A program made the position numbers and the translations under genes. The notes below the pieces were generated by a model. It had not been told where the DNA came from. It worked only from the letters and a program-made list of their open reading frames with translations, and made no database searches. This document shows positions 7,446-15,941 of a stretch of 52,575 nt of DNA, one piece after another (position 1 is the first letter of the stretch; every line of letters begins with the position of its first letter). This DNA comes from Gemmatimonadota bacterium (GTDB lineage: Bacteria > Gemmatimonadota > Gemmatimonadetes > Longimicrobiales > Gaopeijiaceae), in contig JBDRDQ010000098.1 of NCBI GenBank assembly GCA_043820695.1, positions 1 through 52,575 on the forward strand. Reading direction: 5' to 3'.

Positions 7446-9996
7446 GCGTTTCCCGCTGGCGTCGATCCTCGCCCTCGTCACCCTCCTCCCTCTGGGAGCA
7501 GAGGGGCAACTTCGGACCGTGGTCTCCAATGAGATCGCGGTTTCCGAAAAAGAGGCGACGTTGAGGCTCGACCTCCAGGATCACGGGGACCTCACCATTT
7601 CATTCCAGGACGGTCAGGTTCTTGTTGACGGGGAGGTGGTCGGTGGCTACGGCAGGCGAGACGGCCTGGACTTGGCCTGGCGCTCCCTCCTCGGCGAGGT
7701 CATCACCCTGGACGACGGTCCTTTGGCCCTGGCGCTGAACGACTGGGATCCGCCCCGAGGCTTGACCGGGGCGGGTGGGGATCTTGCGGCTCGTCTGGAC
7801 AAAACCCTGGAGGATGCCCTGGCCTTGCCGGAGGCTTCGGAGGACCCCGGACCTCAGGGTGGAGTCACCCTTTCCCTGGGTGGAGAGGAGGGCCTTCTTT
7901 CCGCCCTTCTGAGCAGGACCGGGGCCCTCACCGACCTCGCCGAAGCGCTGCAAGGGGCCCCAATCAGCGAATTCACCCTGAAGATCGGCGAGGATGTGGT
8001 GGTGGAAGCCGGTCAGGTGCTGGAGGGGACCCTCATCCTTGTAGATGGAAACCTGGACGTCCGGGGCAGGATCGATGGGGATGTGGTGGTGACGGGAGGT
8101 AGAGTCCGGCTCCTGGAGAACGGCGTCATCACAGGGGACCTCAGGATCGCCGATGGTGAGTTGGACCGGTCCGGCGGGACGGTGGAGGGCTCGTTCCTGG
8201 ACATGGACACGGGGGATGAGGTTCACCTGCAAACGGTGGAAATCGAGGATCTCCGGCGGGAGCTCGAATCGGAGATCCGAAGAGACCTCCGCTCCTCGAC
8301 GGAGAGGGAGAACCGCCACTCCCAGAACTTCATCTTCGGGTTTCTCGGGAATGTCGGGAGCGCCATCGCCGGCCTCCTGGAGAACCTGGTGACCTTCCTG
8401 GTTCTGGCGATTCTGGGTGTTCTCGCCGTTCACTTCCAGAGCGAACGGTTGGAGGTTGTGGCCACTACGGCACGTCGGGCTCCCGTTCGATCGGCGGTGG
8501 TCGGATTGGCGGGCGGTTTCTTCCTCCTCCCGATATGGATCGTGGGTGTGATCGCCCTTGCCATCACCATCATTGGAATCCCTGTTCTCCTGGCCTGGGT
8601 GCCCCTCTTCCCCATTGCAGCAGCGATAGCCATCCTCTTCGGATACCTGGCGGTGGCAAGGAACGTGGGTGAATGGGTCGCCGAGCAGGAGTACCGGGGC
8701 CTGGAATGGATCCGGGGGTCCAATACTTTCTACACCATCGTTGCCGGAGTGGGGGCCCTCCTGGTGCCCTGCGTTGCCGCCAGCGCCGCCCGGATTCTAG
8801 GTTTGGGGTTCCTCACGGGGCTCTTGGGTTTCGTGGGATCCATGGTGACCCTCGCAGCGGCGGCGGTGGGTCTGGGCGCCGTCCTCCTCACCCGGGGCGG
8901 GAAGATTCGGCCCCTCGAGTCCTATTACGATTTCGAGGAGGACTATTGGGCGGACATGGAACCGGGTCAGAGGAAGGATCCGGAGCCGGCCCCCGAATCC
9001 GCAGAGCCGGCCCCGAGCCTTCTGAGGCGGCGATGGGAGCCGAAGAGGCCGGAACCGATTTTTCTACGCGGGCGGAAGGGGAGCATGACCAGGGGACCGA
9101 CGGAGAAGAGTCCCGGGACGGAGACCCGGACGAAGGGAAGGATGAAGATGCGTAGGGATTGGCCGCTTGGGATTCTGGTGGCTTCAAGCCTTCTTCTCGG
9201 CGGATTCCCCTTCCCCGGCGCAGCTCAGAGTTGGCGTTCGGTTACGATGTCACGACAGCTGGCGGGCGAGGAAGCCTTGGAGATCCGGATTCGTTTTGGC
9301 GCCGGACGGCTGGCCATCCAGCCGGGTGAACCCGGAACCCTCTACCGAATGCACTTGCGGTACGACGAAGAGAGTTTCGAACCGGTGGCCGAGTACGAAA
9401 GAGGACGCTTGGATTTGGGGGTCAAGGGCACGAAAAACAGTCTGCGGTGGCGAAAAGAAGACACCCAGGAAATGGAGCTGTCCCTGGCCCGGGGGATTCC
9501 AATGGCCCTGGACCTCGAGTTCGGCGCCGTGCGGGCTGACCTGGATCTAGGTGGGCTCGCGATGACCGGGCTGAAACTCCAAACGGGAGCTTCCGAGTCC
9601 AGGGTAGACATTTCCGAACCGAACCCCATCCGAATGTCGAACGCAAGCCTCGAGGTTGGAGCAGCCGACTTCCACGTGAGGAACCTGGGAAATCTCAACG
9701 CAGAGGTCATCACCGTGGATGCCGGCGTCGGGAATATTGTCTTGGACTTCAGGGGAGACTGGCAGGGGGATGCCACCGTATCCGTCGATATGGGGCTGGG
9801 AGCCCTGGAACTCCGGTTTCCCGAGGGTTTGGGAGTCAAGTTGTCGAAGGACACGTTCCTGACTTCCCTTGATTCCGAGGGCTTGGTCAAACGCGGAAAC
9901 TCGTACTATTCCGTGGATTGGGAGGATGCCGAGCACCGGGTGACGGTGACGGTGGATGCCGCTTTCGGCAGCATCGACGTGGTCTGGGTCCGCTGA
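7417..9996 (+). CDS. Large multi-domain membrane protein: signal peptide, bactofilin-like beta-helix repeats, polytopic TM block, basic linker, extra TM/signal-like segment, toastrack-like (DUF4097/LiaF-C type) beta-rich domain
   Basis: ATG at 7417 (or 7426) gives MIAMRVLGFKRFPLASILALVTLLPLGAEG. The repeat VVVEAGQVLEGTLILVDGNLDVRGRIDGDVVVTGGRVRLLENGVITGDLRIADGEL is present. Hydrophobic segments span nt ~8330-8900. The C-terminal repeat-like strands read LDLEFGAVRADLDLG...VDAGVGNIVLDF...MGLGALELRF. There is no stop between the two halves. It overlaps the anti-sigma gene by 29 nt. Confidence 0.6.
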   Translation: MIAMRVLGFKRFPLASILALVTLLPLGAEGQLRTVVSNEIAVSEKEATLRLDLQDHGDLTISFQDGQVLVDGEVVGGYGRRDGLDLAWRSLLGEVITLDDGPLALALNDWDPPRGLTGAGGDLAARLDKTLEDALALPEASEDPGPQGGVTLSLGGEEGLLSALLSRTGALTDLAEALQGAPISEFTLKIGEDVVVEAGQVLEGTLILVDGNLDVRGRIDGDVVVTGGRVRLLENGVITGDLRIADGELDRSGGTVEGSFLDMDTGDEVHLQTVEIEDLRRELESEIRRDLRSSTERENRHSQNFIFGFLGNVGSAIAGLLENLVTFLVLAILGVLAVHFQSERLEVVATTARRAPVRSAVVGLAGGFFLLPIWIVGVIALAITIIGIPVLLAWVPLFPIAAAIAILFGYLAVARNVGEWVAEQEYRGLEWIRGSNTFYTIVAGVGALLVPCVAASAARILGLGFLTGLLGFVGSMVTLAAAAVGLGAVLLTRGGKIRPLESYYDFEEDYWADMEPGQRKDPEPAPESAEPAPSLLRRRWEPKRPEPIFLRGRKGSMTRGPTEKSPGTETRTKGRMKMRRDWPLGILVASSLLLGGFPFPGAAQSWRSVTMSRQLAGEEALEIRIRFGAGRLAIQPGEPGTLYRMHLRYDEESFEPVAEYERGRLDLGVKGTKNSLRWRKEDTQEMELSLARGIPMALDLEFGAVRADLDLGGLAMTGLKLQTGASESRVDISEPNPIRMSNASLEVGAADFHVRNLGNLNAEVITVDAGVGNIVLDFRGDWQGDATVSVDMGLGALELRFPEGLGVKLSKDTFLTSLDSEGLVKRGNSYYSVDWEDAEHRVTVTVDAAFGSIDVVWVR

Positions 9997-10028
9997 GGAC
10001 CCGAGTCGGTTATTCAGAGGAGAATACG

Positions 10029-10262
10029 ATGGGCACGCTCTTGACCTTTTTGGCCGTCGGCTTGGTGACTCTCATCGCCGCAGGTGTCGTCATCTCCGTC
10101 CTTGGGGCGGTCCTTGGCCTCACATTCGGACTCGCCCATTTCCTCCTTTTCAAGGTCGCGCCGGTGATGTTCATCGGTTGGGTTGCCCTCAAACTCTTCG
10201 ACAAGGCCCGAGGCAAGCGTCGGATCTCGGCATCGGATCAGCGGTGGCTCGACGGAGGGTAA
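10029..10262 (+). CDS. Small two-TM membrane protein (hypothetical)
   Basis: ATG at 10029 is preceded by GAGGAGAA. MGTLLTFLAVGLVTLIAAGVVISVLGAVLGLTFGLAHFLLFKVAPVMFIGWVALKLF is followed by a basic tail. It is the last gene of the ECF module. Confidence 0.5.
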   Translation: MGTLLTFLAVGLVTLIAAGVVISVLGAVLGLTFGLAHFLLFKVAPVMFIGWVALKLFDKARGKRRISASDQRWLDGG

Positions 10263-11044
10263 GCGGCTCCTGCTTCGGGCGGAATCCTGATTCGAACGCT
10301 GCCTCCCATGCCCACGCCCAAACGCTTGGTTGCGGAGCCGTCCCGCACCGCCACCTCCACCCGACCGTCGGAGTCAATCAACGCCAATAGCTCTCCGGAT
10401 TCCACCTCTCCATAGCTCCGCCGAAGGGGAATCCAGCACCCCTCCACACCGACCTCCCCCGTCAACCGCACCAGCTCCTCCGGCAGGTTCGTTGCGAGGT
10501 TGCCGAAACGGTCCACCTCAACCACTTCCCCCACCACCCACTCGCCCACCTTCTTCCTCGGGACTTCCCGTAGAAGGACCGGGTCCGAGATCGGTTCTCC
10601 GAGGAGTTCCAAGGGAGTCCCTGTCGCAAGGAGGGCAGCCGCCGGAGCGAACCAATCCCTCCCATGGAACGTTTCGCTGGTGGGAGCCGGCAGGAGCTCA
10701 GATGGCTTCAGCTCGACGCACACCCATTCCAGGGCCTCGGAGAAAACCAAGCTGAAGAGTCCGTTGTCGGGGCCTACAAGGAGGCGCTCGTCGGCCCTCA
10801 CTGCCAGGCTTCTTCTGCTTGTCCCAACCCCTGGATCAATCACCACCAGGTGCACGGTTCGGGGGGGGAAACGGCACCAGTAACGACCCAAAACCTGGCT
10901 GGCTTTCCGGACATCTCCCGGCGGAACGGCGTGAGTGATATCCTCGACCAGCGCCATTGGGGCATGGGTGGCGAGGACTCCCTTCATGGCGCCCACAAAA
11001 CCATCTTCGGTGCCGAAGTCCGTGAGAAGGGTGATTCGTGCCAT
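10238..11044 (-). CDS. SAM hydroxide adenosyltransferase family protein (DUF62)
   Basis: N-terminus ITLLTDFGTEDGFVGAMKGV and VVIDPGVGT are typical of the family. Confidence 0.85.
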   Translation of the reverse strand: MARITLLTDFGTEDGFVGAMKGVLATHAPMALVEDITHAVPPGDVRKASQVLGRYWCRFPPRTVHLVVIDPGVGTSRRSLAVRADERLLVGPDNGLFSLVFSEALEWVCVELKPSELLPAPTSETFHGRDWFAPAAALLATGTPLELLGEPISDPVLLREVPRKKVGEWVVGEVVEVDRFGNLATNLPEELVRLTGEVGVEGCWIPLRRSYGEVESGELLALIDSDGRVEVAVRDGSATKRLGVGMGGSVRIRIPPEAGAAYPPSSHR

Positions 11045-11053
11045 GGGTCGATC

Positions 11054-11278
11054 TCAGGACCCCGCTTCCCCCCGCCAAGCCAGAGCCTCGACGAAAGCTC
11101 CGTCCTCGCCACCGCCCGGCAACAAATCCGAGGACAGAGCCGTCGTCCCGGCCTCCCTGACCCGGATGCCCCTCTGCCTGAAAAGGGAGAGGAGCTCCGG
11201 GTAGCCCCGGATAAGCTCATGGACCTCAAGCGCCTGGAACTCCTCCAGCGGAGGAGGGGCAAGGAATGGATTTCTCAT
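11054..11278 (-). CDS. Small hypothetical protein, DUF1858-like N-terminal pattern (tentative)
   Basis: 74 aa, coupled to the upstream mrp gene by an ATGA overlap at 11275-11278. EVHELIRGYPELLSLFRQRGI resembles DUF1858 but lacks Cys residues. Confidence 0.45.
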   Translation of the reverse strand: MRNPFLAPPPLEEFQALEVHELIRGYPELLSLFRQRGIRVREAGTTALSSDLLPGGGEDGAFVEALAWRGEAGS

Positions 11279-12405
11279 CCCTGGTCCGTACCCTCGAGCG
11301 TTTCCCGAAGGGCCTTGGCCACCCCCTTCAGAGCCCTGGCGGCCGGCGAATCAGGCGCACCCGTGACTGGAGGGACTCCGGCATCCCCGGCTTCCCGGAT
11401 TTTGGGATCCAGGGGGATGGCCCCCAGGAAGGGAAGCTCCATGTCCTTGGCAAGGGCCTCACCACCCCCTTTGCCGAAGATGTCCACCGTCTCTCCACAA
11501 TGGGGACATTCGTACCCGCTCATGTTCTCGACAATTCCCAGAACCCTGGTGTTCACCTTCTCGAACATCCGGACACCCCGGCGAACGTCCAAAGTCGAGA
11601 CGTTTTGGGGGGTCGTCACCATGACCGCCCCGTCCAGATCGATGGTCTGGACGAGAGAGATCTGGGCATCACCGGTTCCCGGCGGCATATCCACGACCAT
11701 ATAGTCCAGGGGGCCCCACGCCACCTGTTCCAGGAACTGACGGAGAATCCCAGAGATCAAAGGCCCCCTCATGATGGCCGGTTGATCCTTATCCAGCATG
11801 AAACCGATGCTCATGAGGCGCACCCCGTGTGCTTCCAGGGGTTCGATCTTCTCCTCACCCTCCCCACCGGTAGCACTGGGAGTGCGAGTCTCTCCGAACA
11901 TGAGGGGAATGTTCGGACCATACACGTCGGCGTCGAGAAGGCCGACCCGAAGACCTTCCTGAGCGAGGGCCACTGCGAGATTGGCCGCCACCATGGACTT
12001 CCCTACCCCGCCCTTTCCCGAGCTGACGGCAATGATCCGCTTCACGTCGGGGAGGAGCCCCGGTTGGGGTGTCGGGGCCGGCACGGAACCGGGCTTCAGA
12101 CCTCCCTGGCCAGGGGCCGGGGGTGGAGCGCTCTGGGGGAGTTGTACGTTGACCTTCACCGAGGTCACACCCTCCACCCTGCCGGCCACCGTCCTCAACT
12201 CCTTCACCAGAGACCCCGGGTCCTCCGGCGCCATGAAGAAGGAAAACCTGACATTCCCATCCTCATCGGCTTCCAGACTCCGGACCTTGCCTCTTGACAC
12301 CACATCCCCTGCTCCGGATGGGGTCTGAATATCCGAAAGGGCTGCCAACACTGAATGTTTGAGTTGTTCCGTCGTCATATAGTTCTCGGTTGAAATGAAT
12401 GGCAT
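11275..12405 (-). CDS. apbC: Mrp/ApbC/NBP35-family Fe-S cluster carrier ATPase with N-terminal DUF59-like domain
   Basis: Deviant Walker A IAVSSGKGGVGKS and the CPHCG motif. An alternative start is ATG 12378 (MTTEQLKHSVL). Confidence 0.9.
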   Translation of the reverse strand: MPFISTENYMTTEQLKHSVLAALSDIQTPSGAGDVVSRGKVRSLEADEDGNVRFSFFMAPEDPGSLVKELRTVAGRVEGVTSVKVNVQLPQSAPPPAPGQGGLKPGSVPAPTPQPGLLPDVKRIIAVSSGKGGVGKSMVAANLAVALAQEGLRVGLLDADVYGPNIPLMFGETRTPSATGGEGEEKIEPLEAHGVRLMSIGFMLDKDQPAIMRGPLISGILRQFLEQVAWGPLDYMVVDMPPGTGDAQISLVQTIDLDGAVMVTTPQNVSTLDVRRGVRMFEKVNTRVLGIVENMSGYECPHCGETVDIFGKGGGEALAKDMELPFLGAIPLDPKIREAGDAGVPPVTGAPDSPAARALKGVAKALRETLEGTDQG

Positions 12406-12668
12406 ACGGATCCTAGAAGACTTCCGCCTGATCGTCCACTCCCAGGAGCCTTTTTGATACCCTCCACCCCACCTTTGTTCACTCCCTACCCACCCGAGGG
12501 TGGGAACGCCTTGAGCGGTTTCGCACCCCGCCCTCTTTTTGCTAGTTTTCTCCTACACGTTCGGGAGGATTAGGGATTGATCCTGAAGGCATGACGAATC
12601 TGGGATCGGGCTGCCCGCCCGTGGGAATGGGAAATACAGGGACCCGCCACCTTGAGAGGGGATAGACG

Positions 12669-14297
12669 ATGAGTGCGAAGGTTCAAGTTCCCGAGCCAAT
12701 CAACGAACGAGTGCTGGATTACGCTCCCGGGAGCCCGGAAAGGGCAGAGCTGAAGAGAAAACTGGAGGAGATGGCCGGCCAGGTCGTGGACATTCCCCTC
12801 GTGATCGGTGGTGAGGAGGTCCGGACCGGAAACACGGCCACCGTGGTCATGCCCCATGACCACGGCCATGTTCTGGCCACCTACCACAAGGCAGGGCCCG
12901 AGGAGATCAAAAAGGCCATTCGGTCCTCGATGGACGCACAAAAGGAGTGGGCGGCCTGGCCCTGGGAGGACAGGGTAGCGGTCTTCCTGAAAGCAGGTGA
13001 ACTCCTTGCCACGAGCTGGCGCTCCACCGTGAACGCTTCCACCATGCTGGGGCAGAGCAAGACAGCCTATCAGGCTGAGATCGACGCCGCCGCCGAATTG
13101 GTGGACTTCTTCCGCTTCAATGGCTCCTTCGCTCAGGAGATCTACGAGGACCAGCCCATTTCATCGAGGGGGGTGTGGAACTCGGTGGAGTACCGGCCCC
13201 TCGAAGGGTTCATCTATGCCATCACCCCCTTCAACTTCACCTCCATTGCCGGGAATCTCCCTAGCGCCCCCGCCCTCATGGGGAACACCGTGCTCTGGAA
13301 GCCTGCAAGGAGCTCTCTGCTCTCGAGTTACTTCATTCAGAAGCTCTTCGAGGAGGCTGGGCTGCCCCCGGGTGTAATCAACTTCATCACCGGAAACTCG
13401 GCCGAAATCACTCGCCAGGTCTTCACGAATCCGGCTTTCGGAGGCGTACATTTCACCGGATCGACCCCCGTCTTCCAGAGTATGTGGACCGCGGTCGGTG
13501 AGAACATCTCCGTGTACAATGGCTATCCCAGGCTGGTTGGGGAGACCGGAGGGAAGGATTTCATCATCGCCCATCCGTCAGCCGACCCGGAGGCGGTCAC
13601 CACCGCCATCATCCGGGGCGCCTTCGAGTACCAGGGGCAGAAGTGCAGTGCGGCCTCCAGAATCTATCTTCCCGAGTCCATCTGGGCCGAGATGAAAGAC
13701 ACCCTCATTGCACAGACCGACGGCATCGCCATGGGGGACGTCCGGGACTTCCGGAACTTCATGGGGGCGGTAATCGACAAGTCTGCATACGACAAGATCA
13801 CCGGATACATCCAGCGGGCGCGGGAGTCGGACGACTCGGAGATCGTGGCCGGAGGGATCTTCGATGACTCCAAGGGATACTTCATCCGCCCCACCATCGT
13901 GTTGGCCAAGAAGCCGGACGTGGAGTGCATGTGCGAGGAGATCTTCGGACCGGTGGTAACGGTCTACGTCTATCCGGACGCCGAATGGTCCGAAACGCTC
14001 AAGCTGGTGGACCGGACCGGCGAGTACGCTCTCACGGGGGCCGTATTCAGCAGGGATCGCAAAGCCATTCTGGAAGCGAATCGGGCGCTACGCTTCGCGG
14101 CGGGGAACTACTACATCAACGACAAACCCACAGGAGCCGTGGTCGGCCAGCAGCCTTTCGGGGGCGCCCGGGCAAGTGGGACCAACGACAAAGCGGGATC
14201 GAAGTTGAACCTGCTGAGGTGGGTTTCGGCCCGGACCATAAAGGAGACCTTCGTCTCCGCGACCGCCTACGACTATCCGTACATGAGGGGTGAGTAG
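12669..14297 (+). CDS. pruA: L-glutamate gamma-semialdehyde (1-pyrroline-5-carboxylate) dehydrogenase
   Basis: ALDH superfamily, 542 aa. The N-terminus PINERVLDYAPGSPERAEL is typical of P5CDH. The catalytic Cys context is QGQKCSAASR, and EEIFGPV is present. Confidence 0.9.
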   Translation: MSAKVQVPEPINERVLDYAPGSPERAELKRKLEEMAGQVVDIPLVIGGEEVRTGNTATVVMPHDHGHVLATYHKAGPEEIKKAIRSSMDAQKEWAAWPWEDRVAVFLKAGELLATSWRSTVNASTMLGQSKTAYQAEIDAAAELVDFFRFNGSFAQEIYEDQPISSRGVWNSVEYRPLEGFIYAITPFNFTSIAGNLPSAPALMGNTVLWKPARSSLLSSYFIQKLFEEAGLPPGVINFITGNSAEITRQVFTNPAFGGVHFTGSTPVFQSMWTAVGENISVYNGYPRLVGETGGKDFIIAHPSADPEAVTTAIIRGAFEYQGQKCSAASRIYLPESIWAEMKDTLIAQTDGIAMGDVRDFRNFMGAVIDKSAYDKITGYIQRARESDDSEIVAGGIFDDSKGYFIRPTIVLAKKPDVECMCEEIFGPVVTVYVYPDAEWSETLKLVDRTGEYALTGAVFSRDRKAILEANRALRFAAGNYYINDKPTGAVVGQQPFGGARASGTNDKAGSKLNLLRWVSARTIKETFVSATAYDYPYMRGE

Positions 14298-14336
14298 GCG
14301 GATCGGACGGCCCTGCCGTTCCTCAGGGGAATGAAC

Positions 14337-14372
14337 CGAAGGCCCGGGGGGGAGGCGCCCCCCGGGCCTTCG
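14337..14372. terminator. Perfect 15-bp GC-rich hairpin between convergent genes (candidate bidirectional terminator)
   Basis: CGAAGGCCCGGGGGG (14337-14351), loop GAGGCG, then CCCCCCGGGCCTTCG (14358-14372). There is no long U-tract on either side. Confidence 0.55.
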
Positions 14373-14395
14373 GCGCTTCTCCCAGCGGGCGATTC

Positions 14396-14983
14396 TCAGG
14401 CGAAATGCTGTAATAGGTCGCTGAGCGCCTGGTATTCCCCCGACAAGGGGTTTTGGAATGCCAGACGACGTCGAACCAGGAGGGCCAGGGTCTCCTCGGC
14501 CCCATTTCCCGGCACCAGATCATGAACCTCCCCAGGCCTGATGCGGCCCCTCCCCTCCAGCGCTCGCCAAACTTCCAGCTCTTTCCAGGATGTGGAACCG
14601 ATCAACTCGTAATCCCCGGTCTCGGTCTCAGACACCGCAGCCAGGGTTTGCCGCTCAAGCACTACCTCAATCGGGCCCCGATGAAGTTCCCGAATCCCCC
14701 TGAACACGAAGAAAGCTTCCCGGGGGCGATCTTCCTCCAGGAACCGGAGAAGGAGCTTGGCCACGACCTCGTCGGCACATGAGAAGTCGATGACGGTCAC
14801 CTGAGAGAGGTCGATGACAGAGAGACTCACGGGGCCAGTCCCTTCAGCCAGAACGTTCTCAATGGCCAGCCGGACCGCCTGTCCCGTCGGGCGGGTCACG
14901 AGAGAGGAGTAGAGGGAAGCCACATTCCTCCGCACCAAGCGCCCCACGTCGATGGAGACCGGATCCACCCCGAAATCAGGCAT
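14396..14983 (-). CDS. DUF4325 / STAS-like domain protein with a C-terminal winged-helix-like region
   Basis: LVTRPTGQAVRLAIENVL...VIDLSQVTVIDFSCADEVVAKLL fits the DUF4325 pattern (R.tG...R..i / DF.gv...s.sFadE). The ATG at 14983 overlaps the upstream gene stop by 8 nt. The track start at 15298 lies inside the upstream gene. Confidence 0.65.
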   Translation of the reverse strand: MPDFGVDPVSIDVGRLVRRNVASLYSSLVTRPTGQAVRLAIENVLAEGTGPVSLSVIDLSQVTVIDFSCADEVVAKLLLRFLEEDRPREAFFVFRGIRELHRGPIEVVLERQTLAAVSETETGDYELIGSTSWKELEVWRALEGRGRIRPGEVHDLVPGNGAEETLALLVRRRLAFQNPLSGEYQALSDLLQHFA

Positions 14984-15869
14984 GGTCCTCCATCTTGGCC
15001 GGTAGGACGATGTGGATCTGAGCTCCCGGAAAGGGAGGGAGGCCCTCCTCCAAGGGGGGAGCGTCATCCCAGGCCGGAACGTCGGCAATGCGGGCGGTAC
15101 CGCTTCGGATAGAGATGGCGCCATCCCAGCGCCGGATCTGCTTCCTGATCTGCTGGATCCCCTGACCTCGGCCGGAGTCCGGGAACCGGGTGAGCCCGTG
15201 GATGAAAGCGGCTTCCAGCGCTGTGGCGTCTCCCCATCGGTCCCCGAAACGGGTGGCATGGGTGTCGGCCAGCGATCCCTTGAAGCCCTTTCCCACATCG
15301 GCCAGGCTCAAGATCAGGACCTGTCGCCCCAGCCGTTTTGCCCACGTGTAGGTCTGGGCAGAGACCCAGCCGGGAGCCTCAGCGTGCTCGATGATATTCT
15401 GGCACACTTCGGAGAGGATGACGCTGAACTGGACCACAGCCGAGGCCGGGTAGTTAAGGGTTTTGGATAGGATCGCCCCCGCCTGTTGTTGCACCCGATC
15501 CACCACCGCATGAATGTCCGTATTCGTGGCGATGGGGGTGATCTCCAAAAGAACGTCGGAGCTACTCGAGGACCTGCGGGGGTGCCTCACTTCGATGTCG
15601 AAGATCGATTCGGCGACTTCGAAGAAGCGCATCCGGGCCAGATAACTCGTGACGTCTGCTCCTTCCAGGAGCTGGAGCCTAGGGGGAGTCCCCTGCCGAT
15701 CCCGAGCGACAGTTCCCGCGGCCAACAGTCCGATGATGCCGCCTGGATCCACCCACCTCAGATGGCGGCCGTCGAAGAGGACCTTCCCTTCCTGACTCTT
15801 GGCCAATTCCCTGGCCAGCTGGTCAAAAGTGGAGGCGTCCAGCGTTCCCGGGACGGGGATAATCTGCAA
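14976..15869 (-). CDS. STAS-like N-terminal domain fused to a GHKL (RsbW/SpoIIAB-type) ATPase/serine kinase domain
   Basis: N-box SEVCQNIIEHA, G1 LADVGKGF, G2 DSGRGQGI. The N-terminal ~100 aa (LFDGRHLRWVDPGGIIGLLAAG) resembles an anti-sigma antagonist. Confidence 0.7.
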   Translation of the reverse strand: MQIIPVPGTLDASTFDQLARELAKSQEGKVLFDGRHLRWVDPGGIIGLLAAGTVARDRQGTPPRLQLLEGADVTSYLARMRFFEVAESIFDIEVRHPRRSSSSSDVLLEITPIATNTDIHAVVDRVQQQAGAILSKTLNYPASAVVQFSVILSEVCQNIIEHAEAPGWVSAQTYTWAKRLGRQVLILSLADVGKGFKGSLADTHATRFGDRWGDATALEAAFIHGLTRFPDSGRGQGIQQIRKQIRRWDGAISIRSGTARIADVPAWDDAPPLEEGLPPFPGAQIHIVLPAKMEDHA

Positions 15870-15941
15870 TGGCGCTCCAGTCGATGGAGGGGTCCTTCTC
15901 AGGCCTCGGGATCCGTCGGAGGAAAGGCCCGGCTCCCACGG

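Noticed and set aside
10664-12297. Two long plus-strand ORFs (10664..11704 and 11266..12297)
   Set aside because: They are antisense to the DUF62 and mrp/apbC genes, which carry clear family motifs.
12589-12665. 24-codon mini-ORF ending just before the pruA start
   Set aside because: The Shine-Dalgarno-like GAAGG is too close to the ATG. There is no conservation evidence.
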